Part shown: in pieces, positions 48,265 through 59,245 of the stretch | How the letters are laid out: the number at the start of each line of letters is the position of its first letter | Numbering within the stretch: the stretch's first letter is position 1 | From: Heteronotia binoei | Lineage: Eukaryota | DNA: 64,000 bases | Assembly: GCF_032191835.1 (NCBI RefSeq) | Contig: NC_083237.1 | Span: 38,254,001 to 38,318,000 of the forward strand | Reading direction: 5' to 3' | Position numbers and translations under genes: made by a program | Notes under the pieces: model-generated | What the model was told of the DNA's origin: nothing | The model's database searches: none | Seen by the model: the letters and a program-made list of their open reading frames with translations, nothing else

Positions 48265-48560
48265 TAGATAAGCCACTGCTTAAAGACTGCCAGTGAGGGC
48301 GAGACCACCACCTCCCATGTAGTTGATTCCATGGTTGAACAACTCTTACTGTAAAAAAGTGTCTCCTAATATCCAGCCCATACCTTCCCACCCTTAATTT
48401 AAACCCATTATTGAGAGTCTTCTCCTCTGCTGCCAACAAGAGTCTTCTCCTCTGCTGCCAACAGGAACTCCCTGCCCTCCTCTAAGTGATAGCCCTTCAA
48501 ATACTTAAAGAGAGCAATCATGCCCCCCCCTCCCCAACCTCCTCTTCTCCTGACTGAACA
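48265..48560 (-). mobile_element. CR1 LINE fragment
   Basis: Minus strand ALFKYLKG...GFKLRVGRYGLDIRRHFFTVRVVQPWNQL. Confidence 0.8.
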
Positions 48561-48677
48561 TTCCCAAGGTTCTCGTTCTGGGCCAGCTGCTGTTTCCAGG
48601 TTGCTTTGAAGAGCACCCCAACATAGAGATAATTTTAGTAACTGACCATGAAACACACAATTATGTATCCTGTACAT

Positions 48678-48812
48678 CAGGGGTGGCCAACGGTAGCTCT
48701 CCAGATGTTTTTTGCCTACAACTCCCATCAGCCCCAGCCATCAGCCATGCTGGCTGGAGCTGATGGGAGTTGTAGGCAAAAACATCTGGAGAGCTACTGT
48801 TGGCCACCCCTG
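48678..48812. mobile_element. hAT-type palindromic MITE (135 bp)
   Basis: Near-perfect hairpin caggggtggccaac...gttggccacccctg; 8-bp TSD ctgtacat/atgtacat. Confidence 0.9.
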
Positions 48813-49460
48813 ATGTACATGAAGATCACAAGGCCCATCCCATGATTCTTTGTGATGGTTTTCCATCATATCATTATGGACTATGAATATGAACAGGAAC
48901 AATTACTGTCCTCATTAGTCTTTGTTTCAGTTAGGTTAGCTGACTTCCAAACATCCTAACTTCTTATGGCTTAATTATGTGTTCATTATATGTAATCAAA
49001 GTCGTGGACCTTTGTTTCAAGCCTATGTCTGCTCCTTTCTTCAAAATTGTATCAAGTTTTGTGTATTTTCTTTTTCTTTTTTTAACAATTACATCGTAAG
49101 AAGTCCCTTGGGGTACCTGATCTTTCAAGTTGTACCCAGAAGTCACTGGAAGTTCCCAGGAAACTGATGAGGGTGACTATCTCTTGTTCCTTGTCCAATA
49201 GTTGGATATTCAGAGCTTTTGTCTACCCTCCTAGCTGCCCAGAGGTGATGCAGCAGATAAGCAGTGCAATTCTAAGCTAAGGTTTCTAAGCCTATTTCTT
49301 CAAATGGTCTTAGGAGCATGTAACTTTATTCAGGGTTGTACTATTGTAAAGTAAGAAACCCTTCTAAACCGATGTTGATTTTGCCCAGTAGTGAAAGTAA
49401 TTTACATTTCTAGCCCTTACCAGCATATTTTTATCCCTGATTTTTCCTCATTAAGATGTA

Positions 49461-50262
49461 ATAATAATAATAAGTTTTTATTTATATCCCGCCCTCCCCG
49501 CCGAGGCAGGCTCAGGGAGGCTCACAAGTCATGGTGTGTACCATGATTATAATAATACAATTCATATAATAAAATGCAGTTAATAAATACGGTTAAAAAG
49601 ACAGTTACATAAATATTTTAAAAACCACAATAAATTAGAGGTGCTACATTACAGTAATATATATATCCAGATGGCCAGATGTCACTTTCAGGGTTCTATC
49701 TTATTGAAAGAGGACAGTTTTATAAGCCCTGTGGAACTGGTTAAAGTCCCGCAGGGCTCGCACTTCCTCCGGTAGCTGATTCCACCAGTGGGGAGCCATT
49801 ATTGAGAAGGCCTGCTCCCTCGTTGCTTTCAGTTTGGCCTCCCTTGGTCCATAGATTTTTAGGAGATTTTGGGAACTAGATCTCAGTGCTCTCTGAAGAA
49901 CATATGGAGAGAGGCGGTCCCTAAGGTAGGCAGGTCCTCGGCCATATAGGGCTTTAAAGGTAATAACCAGCACCTTGTAGCGAACTCGGAACACAATTGG
50001 AAGCCAGTGCAGCTCCCTCAGCCTAGGCTGCACGTATTCCCACTGGGGTAGTCCCACTAATAGCCTGGCCGCCGCATTCTGCACTAGCTGCAGTTTCCAA
50101 GTTCGGCACAGGGGCAGCCCCATGTAGAGGGCATTACAGTAGTCTAATCTCGAGGTGACCGTTGCATGGATCACTGTTGTCAGGTCGCTACATTCCAGGA
50201 AGGGGGCCAACTGCCTCGCCCTTCTGAGATGGAAGAAGGCGGATTTAGCAGTGGCTAAATCT
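49461..50262 (-). mobile_element. L2 LINE 3' portion
   Basis: FFHLRRARQLAPFL, VTSRLDYCNAL, VQNAAARLL and LHWLP; 3' tail gagcctgcctcggcggggagggcgggatataaat followed by (TTA)n. Confidence 0.92.
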
Positions 50263-51793
50263 TTTTTTTTAACAAATACATTGGAATACACACATATTCC
50301 AAAACACAGATGATCACAAGAATAAACACCACAAGAATAAACACAGTGAAGAAATCCCTCAACCCTCCCACAAGCACATGGAAATTCAGATGGTTCTTCA
50401 CATACATCATATGTTTTCATAACTGCAACATACCAATTAGGAAATGTCAGGATGTGTGGACTGAAACAGTGGTCACAGTAAGTCTCCAGATTCTTGGTTT
50501 CAGTTCTTCATTTTCAATTCAATGACTCATCTTTCTTCCAGCAACAGATTTTCTTTACATCAAAAAATACTCTGTTTTTGACTCTTTTATAGTCCCACAG
50601 ATCTGAAGCTAATGGACTTAATTTTGCAGTCAAACTGGAAAGGAAGTCTCTTATGGCTCTCTCCATCAACTGAGGTACTGTCCACTGCTGCCTACAGCAT
50701 AATTATTAACCTTTCCATATTCTGTAATCACAGTGACACCAAATATTATAGCACTGTTCCTTGCAGCAATGATCAATGTATCCAAAGTTACTCTGAGCAC
50801 TCACAAAAATGATATCACATAGCATACACAATACTGTTAGCTTTCTCTCAGCTATCTGTATTATCCCCTTTTATGTTGAAAAACTGCTATGTCCTTTGTT
50901 ATTGCTCTGATCCAGCAGTCTGCTGCAATGATCTCATTTTATCATACTGAAGAATAATATTGTCTTTTGTGAAGAGGGAATCAAATCACAAGAGACATTA
51001 TTAAAATAATACCAATATTTTTAGAAGTTAGCATAGAATGATACTGAAGTTGTAACTGAGTGGAGTGCTGTGTGTGTTTGTGTCTGAGTGTCCAGGAAGA
51101 AATTGTTCACATGTTTAAGATGTGCAGATATTCCTAGTTAAATGGAACACAAAAGTAGAAACTAAAGCAGAATTAAATATTGTTGGAGGATTTGGGCTGT
51201 GATCATGAAATGAAACAGGAGAGTGATTAATAGAATTCTGTGAAGACAACATTTGTTTATTGCAAGTGCATGTTTCAGACAACCAGACAGACAATTGCAT
51301 ACCTGGACATCAAAGGACAGCCAATATAGAAATCAAATTGATTATGTAATCAAAGATAGAAGATGAAGCTGTCTGCTAAACAAGACCAGGAGCTGATTTT
51401 GGAACAGACCATGAACTGTTAATATATATATATATAAATAGAATAAAACTGAAGCAAAACAAAACATTAATAATACCAAAATAAAAAAAACATCATTTTT
51501 GAAGAGTTTAAAGATCATGTAAAGAGCAGATCTGCCTTAATAAGTTCAAGTGAATAGGAGCCAAAAGAACTATGTGTTGAAACCAGAGATATTTTCAAGG
51601 AAGCATGCACAAAGACTATTCCTGTAGCCAAAAGACACTATAAAAAAATCAATGAATGATGACCTTCTTAAAATTGTTAAAGGGGGGCGGTGCAGCGACG
51701 TGGAAGATGGCGGACGCTTGAAGCGGCGGCTCCCGGCTGACAGTCCCTTCCCACTTCTCCCGCTTCTGTTCTCAGCTGTTTTTTCTACCTGGC

Positions 51794-52618
51794 ATGGGCA
51801 AACGAACTGCAGGAAACCCCAAGGCAGTCAAGAAGACCCCCGCAAAAGCCGCACAGATGCAGCAGGTACTGAATTTTCTTCCAATGAGCCCCGGGCCCTT
51901 ACCTCATTCTGAAATGGCGTCCAGCCCTTCCCCCGGCCCCGCTTCGGAAGAGGGCTCTTTAATGACAACTCAAACATTCCAAGCGGCGATTTCACGCTTG
52001 GAGGACACAATAGGGGAGAAAATCAGCAAAGCTATTACCCCCATACAATCAGAATTAAAAAAAATCAATGAAACACTATCAGCAGTCACTCAAACTGCAG
52101 ATTCAGCGCTGGAAATGGCTACAGTGGCCTATGATGCTGTACAAGCCCTGCAAAGCTCAGATTTATGGCTCCATGAGAAGCCATACCTGGATAACAGATT
52201 AAGGGCTGCAAACCTGAAATTCAGAGGCCTGCCAGAACAGGCGGAAGAGAACCAGGAGGTAAAAATCTTTATTGCCTCATGGCTTGCTTCAGCCCTCCAC
52301 CTCCAAGATGGAGTCGCCCCTCTTATCGATTCTGCCTACCGTTTGGGGGCATTACAGCCCAAGTCAAAAGACTTTTCAAGAGACATACTTGCCACGGTTC
52401 CAGACTCCAGGACCAAAACCCTGATTTTACAGAGAGCCCGATCTGAAGAGGGCCTACTCTACAAGGGAAAAAGGATCCTGGTTCTAGCTGATCTTTCACC
52501 GGAAACCCTGCAGCATAGAAAAGAAATGAAGCCGATTCTAAACTCACTATTTGAACATAAAATACGCTTCCGCTGGGCTTCTCCTATCCAGATACTGGTT
52601 GTTCACCAGGGCCTTTGA
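51794..52618 (+). CDS. L1 ORF1p (274 aa; the TGA may be premature)
   Basis: Heptad-rich region, then NRLRAANLKFRGLPE, IDSAYRLG and ILVLADLSPETLQHRK, typical of the L1 ORF1 RRM and CTD. Confidence 0.85.
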   Translation: MGKRTAGNPKAVKKTPAKAAQMQQVLNFLPMSPGPLPHSEMASSPSPGPASEEGSLMTTQTFQAAISRLEDTIGEKISKAITPIQSELKKINETLSAVTQTADSALEMATVAYDAVQALQSSDLWLHEKPYLDNRLRAANLKFRGLPEQAEENQEVKIFIASWLASALHLQDGVAPLIDSAYRLGALQPKSKDFSRDILATVPDSRTKTLILQRARSEEGLLYKGKRILVLADLSPETLQHRKEMKPILNSLFEHKIRFRWASPIQILVVHQGL

Positions 52619-53485
52619 CTAACAGCTTCTGATTTCACCTCCGGCTGTGATCTTCTTAAACAACTGAACATTGACTCTCCTTCATCTCCTGACTCAAGTG
52701 GGGCTACTTCATCCCGCCCAACCAACCCACCGTTTTCTTTCAAGCCAAGAAGACGACGTTGAGTTCACTATAGATGTTCAGTTCATTTCCTGTTACTTCC
52801 ATCTCCTGCTACTGAACAGTTGTATTTACACGACCCATGCCATTCTGTTCTGGTTTAAGGGAGCGGGTTTTTCTCTCCTTTTACTTTGTCATATTGTTAA
52901 GGGGACAGCCGGGATGTTCCTTCTTTTTGCTCCCCTCATATTAGATTGTATATTTCTTAAATACTGAGTAAAGTTGCATTGTTTCCTGGTTGGAAACAAT
53001 TAACAGTTTAGTAAGATTTATGTTGTTAATATTGTTGATTTGTTTTTTTAGGGGGAAAAGTTACCTCTTATTGTTGTCTATTGATGGCCTCTTTCAGACA
53101 GTACTTTTTGTTCAGCACTGGTATGTTTTGGTATACTCTGGCCATAACCCATGAATTCAGTGGATCCTTTTAGTGGTGTTTTGGTTTTTGGAAATTTTTA
53201 TTTTTATACTGAAAAGTGGTTTGTGTTTGCTCAATTGGGTCCAGACAAATATGGTTGTTGTTGTGAACTTGGATTTCTACAGTCAGGTTACCAACCTTGG
53301 TACTCCCACCCCAATGTTCTCTCTTTGTTCATTCTGTGATGTGAGAGCAGGGAAAATGTTGTCATTGTTATTTGGGTTTTTTTTTTTTAACTTCTTCTCA
53401 TTACTGCTATACAGAGTCCCAGTCTGGGTTTTACAGGTTTTATAGGGATTTCAACAACATTTTTATACTTTAATGCATTTAAATT

Positions 53486-56400
53486 ATGTCTGATTTAAAG
53501 TTAATTTCTCTTAACTGCAGAGGCCTTAACAATATTAACAAAGCTAAGCGGCTTTCTTCTGCTTTGACCAAATTGCAACTGTCAGCTTGTGTTCAAACTA
53601 ATACTAACCAGAATGCCTAAACTGTTGTATGGCTTACTAACCCTGTGACCTGTAACCGTAATTTAGCTGTGATAGCAAGGGGAGTGGGGGGGGGGGGAGA
53701 AGAGGAGCTTGGTGCCAAGAGCTGTAAAGGTGTTTGAAGTGCAAACTATGCGGCCAGCTCTCAGTCGCAGTAAGGCCGCCTGTGGGGGAGAGGAAACGGA
53801 CGTAGCCAGCTATGCAAGATATCAGTGTGGGAACCTCGCACCTCTCAGAAGTAGAATGTGACTGTATTGTGAGAATGATTTAAACCCCCCAGCTTTGATC
53901 CTGGGCCATAAAGGCCAGCTAGTTTGTGTGTACCTTATCACTTTCCAAGAACTCTCGTAGCAGTAACATGTATGTATCCAATAAATGAAACTTATTTTCA
54001 AATGAAAAGAGTCTGTCCATTGTTGGAGCGTCCATGAACCCTACGCTGACAGCAACCTGATCTTCTTTTCCTACAAGAAACCCACATTAAGTCGGCAAGC
54101 ACCACCATACTTCGATCTAAGTGGTTTCACACACAGTATGTAGCTCCTGGTTCTTCTAAATCCCGCGGAGTCGCCATCTTACTTTCAAAAAATACTCGGT
54201 TTGTTTTGTCGGCCCAAGAAGTAGATCCCCAGGGAAGGTATATCTTTATAAAAGGTATGCTTAACGATTCTCCTTTTACTTTGGTTTCTTTATATGCTCC
54301 CAATTCCTCACAAATTACTTTTATAAAAGACACGCTATCTAAACTCGCCCCTTTCCAAGAAGGGGCAGTCATTATAGGGGGGGACTTTAACCAAATTATA
54401 GACCCCAAATGGGACAGATCATTTAAGCAACATTCTCCCCCAACTTCTTCCTCAGCACCTATGCAATTTGTGCTTCATAATTTTAACCTACGTGACATTT
54501 GGAGAGTACATAACCCGGGGGTTAAGGACTACACCTATTTTTCGGCATTACATAACACCTTTACAAGGATCGACTATTTTCTTATTTCTCCCTCTTTATT
54601 GAACCAAGTTTCCCACACCAATATTGGCCTCAGGACACTTTCCGACCATGCTTGGTTGGAGTGCACGCTGCATGTTGGTTCTCAGGACAGGCCCTCATTT
54701 AATTGGACATTAAACAAATCACTCCTCCTGAACCAAGAATTTTGTACACAAATAGAGCAAGAGATCAATCTTTATTTCAAAAACAATTTGGATTGTGGGG
54801 TTTCCAAGGAAATTGTGTGTGATGCAATGAAAGCTGTTCTGCGAGGCAAATGTATCTCCTTGCATTCGGCCTACAAAAAAAGAAAATTAGAACTTAAACA
54901 ACTTATTTTAGACAATATTAAACATTTGGAACAAAACCACAAGCAAACCTGCTCAAATAAAGTTTACCAAAAACTAGCTCTTGAAAGACAGAAATTAGAC
55001 TTATTAGAAACATCTAATATCCGAAAAAACCTGCTATTCGTGAAACAAAGATACTGGTATAATCACCCCCGCTCGTTGAAGCTACTTTCGTGGAAACTCA
55101 GGAAAGAGCTAGGCGAAAGACAGATTAATTGTCTTAGAGACAACTCAGGTAAAATACACTCATCAAATAAAAAAATTTTGGACACCTTCCACCAGTTTTT
55201 CCAACAGCTATATACCTCGTCCAATCCTCCTTCCCACCTAATAGATCACTTTTTTCAAAACCAGAAGATCCTTACCCAACTCTCTTATGAACACCAAGCC
55301 TTTTTAGATTCTCCGATTTCTCCTCTTGAAGTCGCTGAAGCCATTAAGGCCTCCAAAATTAATAAAACCCCAGGTAGAGACGGACTACCTTCAGAATTTT
55401 ATAAAAAATTCAATCTTTCCCTGGTACCTCACTTTACCACTGTTTGCAATCTTGTTCTGGACTCTGGCTGTATGCCCCCCTCCTGGTCCCAGGCGAAAAT
55501 AGTTATGATTCCCAAAAAGGACAAGGACCCATTAAATGTTAAATCTTACCGCCCCATTTCTTTATTAAATAACGATTACAAACTATTTACTTCTATTTTG
55601 ACTGCTAGATTGAATACAATCATAGGACTTTATATTCACACCAACCAATCAGGATTCATCCTGAATCGTGATATCACGGACAACACTAGACAAACAATTA
55701 ACTTAATTCAATATTGCACTTTTCAGCCTTACGATTCCTGTATTCTTGCCTTAGATATAGAAAAGGCCTTCGATAGTGTAGAACCTCTCTTCCTTAAAAA
55801 AGTCTTACATTTCATGGGTTTTGGACCAAGGTTTAAAACGGTTATAGATTCTCTGTATTCCCGTCCATCCACGTTTATACAAATTAATGGTCAACAGTCC
55901 TCTTCACTTATCCTAGAAAGAGGAACTCGTCAATGGTGCCCCCTATCACCATTGCTATTTGCCATTGTCATAGAGCCTTTCGCAAATTTGATACGGCTTT
56001 CTTCAGAGATCTCTGGCATCTCTGTCCAAAATTCTACTTTTAAAATAAGTTTATTTGCCGACGACATAGTTTTATACATTACAAACCCACTACAGTCTAT
56101 AAAAGCCGTTTCCTCTCTCCTGTCTGATTATAGTAAACTTTCAGGTCTTACAGTTAACCATTCGAAATCAATTCTCTACCCGATTAAAATTTCTGATACT
56201 TCTAAAAAAGACATAGTAGCAAACTACCCCTTCCATTGGGTTTCTGATTCCTGGTCTTATTTGGGGCTGAAAATCCCCTTAAATATAGCTGGCCTATTAA
56301 AAACTAACTACATGGCTACAGCATCTGAGATTACTACCACGCTAAAGCAATGGGATAAGTTGCAACTATCCTGGATGGAAAGAATCCACACAATTAAATC

Positions 56401-57793
56401 CTTTATTTTCCCCAAGTTTCTATATCTATTTCGGGCTCTTCCTATTGAGATTTCTCAGCCCATGTTAAAATCCTGGCAACAAATACTGACCTCTTTCATC
56501 TGGAAATATAAAAAACCTAGAATCAAAGTATCAACTTTATTTCTATCAAGACTAAAAGGTGGCCTAGCTGTCCCTGACATTGCAAAGTATTATAAAGCTA
56601 CTATTTTATCCCAGATGACCAAAATATTGTATCAACATCCCCCGCCGCCGTGGATGCCCATAGAGGAAGCTCACTTCACCCCACTGAAATATTACGAACT
56701 ATTATGGCTTAAGAAAAATGAACGCCCACCATGGCAACTCATAAACCCATTCCTCAGGGCGCTCTTGTCAGTATGGGATTCGGAGCGTCACTTTCTGGCT
56801 CCAGGACTCTCTATTATTTCGTCCTATATAGGACAAAAATATTTTCCCCCTGCCCAACTACCCTCTTCCTTTAAGGTCTGGAGAGATTCTTCAAAAGTTT
56901 TTTTCTTTAACCTTCTTTCATCTTCTAAACAACTTTTACCTAAAAATGACCTGGACCAAGTTTTGACTAAGTCAGTACCTTGGTTTAAATACTTTCAGAT
57001 CAGGCACCTCCTTCAGGACCCTAAAGTGATCTCTTCACTTTCCCGCCCTTCATCTGACTATGAACACCTGGTTCTTCATTTTCATGAAGAGAGAACGCCT
57101 AATAGTCTCATCTCACGGCTATATCGAATCCTATTGTCCAAACTCGAAGCAACCTTACCCTCTTACACCACTCAATGGCATAAGGACTGTGGCACCATTC
57201 TCTCTCCTGACCAATGGGACTCTATATGGGCTAGTGATGCCCTACAATCTACCATTATAAATATATCTCAGCAAAACTTTAAACTAATAGCACGTTGGTA
57301 CTTTACTCCTAATCAGTTTTCCCACATGACTCAGTTAGGCTCCTCGGACTGCTGGAGAAACTGTGGGCTCAAAGCCTCTTACTGCCCCAAAATTAGACCA
57401 TTCTGGACTTCAATTTGTGCCCATCTTTCCTCCCTGACAGGGGTTTTGATCCCTGACAACCCAACAAGGATACTCCTTAATCATTGGTCTGATACTCGTC
57501 TGTCATCTTCCAAAAAATCCTTGGTAGTTAAACTTCTGACCGATGCTAAAACCACGATTGCGCAGTCTTGGAAAAACTCATTGAATTTGACACTTGATAA
57601 TTGGCTACTTAAAGTCTGGGAACACATTGTAATGGATAAAATTCAGGCAGCCATAGATCACAAAGACCCATACCAAGCCTACTCTAAGTATATGGCAACC
57701 TGGCTTCCCATTTTAGAAAAGCTTGACACCGATCCATTTTATGCTAACTCTTATACCAAAAACAAAATGTATAAGGATTTCCTTTTGCTATAA
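53486..57793 (+). pseudogene. L1 ORF2 (APE endonuclease and RT), split by a solo LTR
   Basis: MSDLKLISLNCRGLN (53486) ... PDLLFLQETH resumes at 54057 in frame with the 1195-aa ORF (GGDFN, SDH, YRPISLLNNDYK, GTRQ.CPLSPLLF, FADD). Confidence 0.95.
53580..54051 (+). mobile_element. Solo LTR (472 bp)
   Basis: Inverted ends tgtcagc...gctgaca, 5-bp TSD gcaac (53575-53579, 54052-54056), AATAAA near 53980. Confidence 0.92.
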
Positions 57794-58347
57794 AAATCTT
57801 TTAACAAGTTAAGTTCAAGTTAATTACAAGTGTATTACATTTTTTTTCTTCTCTTTTTCTTTTTCTTTCCTTTCCCCGATTTTATTTTATTTTTAAATAC
57901 TGTATTATAACTATTATAAATATTATTATCTTCAGTTTGTATTTTGTTTTTAAGGGTCGTTATTGTTATGTATTTTGTTTACTAAGCTTACGATGCTATT
58001 CCTGTTGATCCTAACGGTAAACTTCTTGTCTTATGGATTGTAAGCTATTTTTACGTATCAATAAAATTGTTTAAAATGAAAAAAAAATTGTTAAAGGTAG
58101 ACAAGAAGCAAAAGTAAAAGATGACAAAATCTGGCCCCTCCACAGCCTTGCTGTGTCAGCAGCTATAGGCTGTGGGGCCGCTTTTGCTGCCCCAGAGGAT
58201 CGGTGAGGCTGCCAGTTCCTGGGCATCCTGTTGAAGGGCGGGGCATTGGGGCTATATTAGCCCTGACCCCGCCCAGAGCCACACAGTTGTGTTTAGGCTC
58301 TTGGCTCTGTGCTGAGAGCGAAGGCCAGCAGGTGTGTCGGGCGAACT

Positions 58348-58454
58348 GTGGCAGCAGCAGCCAAGTAGGGAGGCACCTTTGAGTGGCAGAAAGAAGTGGC
58401 AGCAGCAGCCAAGTAGGGAGGCACCTTTGAGTGGCAGAAAGAAGTGGCAGCAGC
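58348..58454 (+). repeat. 48-bp tandem repeat (2.2 copies) in the Ngaro 5' leader
   Basis: gtggcagcagcagccaagtagggaggcacctttgagtggcagaaagaa starts at 58348 and 58396, with a partial copy at 58444. Confidence 0.9.
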
Positions 58455-59236
58455 GTTTTTTTCGGCGCTGTCGGCAGCCGGGATGGGTGCCTCGGGGGGC
58501 AAACGGAGTGGTGGCAGAAGGCAGCAATCAGTGGGTGTGGCCAGGCCAGGTGTCTCCAGCTGGGGCAGAGCCACAGAGGACCCAAAGTAATGCGGGGAAG
58601 GCCAAGAGGGGGCGGTTTTATTTGGGGCAGTCTGCCTGGCGGGAGTCAGTTGGGAGTAGAGAGGACAGCCTTAGCTAGGTGCTTGTATCTTTGGGCAGGG
58701 AGTATCCTGGCTTGATTTATAAGAGCATTGAACACACATCCCCCAGGTGGTACAAAGAATAAATAAATACATAAAATGGTGGATAGGACAGCGGTGGGGG
58801 TTACACATGGGGCCCAAGAAGGGAGAGGGCCCTTCCAAGGGTAAGCAACCAGCCAAGCCCCCCAGGAAGAGGAGTCAACCGGCCACACCCAGGAAGGTTG
58901 TTGGGGATGAGATCCAGATGCGGCAGGCCATTATCGACAAGCTAGGGGCCCTTGAGAGGGACAGGGGGTTGGCCAGTGCACCCTCATCATGGACAGGGCA
59001 CCATAGAGCCATGGGGTGGTCTGGCACGTTGACATTCAAGAGGGAGGTGCTGGCCCATCTTTCTGTGTTGCAGGAGGGAGAAGAGCAGATGGAAGGGTCT
59101 TCCCAGCAGAGTCAAGATGTGGTGCCAAGTGGGGGTGTGCTGCATAATGAGGACATTGAGAAGCAAGAAGAGGCAGAGTTGGAGCAGCCGGGGTCATCAA
59201 TGGCAGTGGCTGTGGAGGTGCCACCACCGCTGAAAG

Positions 59237-59245
59237 CAGGTAAGA
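59237..59245 (+). promoter_or_regulatory. Predicted 5' splice donor in gag (phase 1)
   Basis: CAG|GTAAGA; the exon ends at 59239, 433 nt from the gag ATG at 58807. Confidence 0.72.

Larger units (their letters stand above)
51684..58083 (+). mobile_element. Full-length L1 LINE (about 6.4 kb including the nested LTR)
   Basis: GC-rich 5' end with aagatggcg, ORF1, long inter-ORF spacer, ORF2, AATAAA and A tail; 14-bp TSD aaaattgttaaagg (51670-51683, 58084-58097) at a TT|AAAA endonuclease site. Confidence 0.95.
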
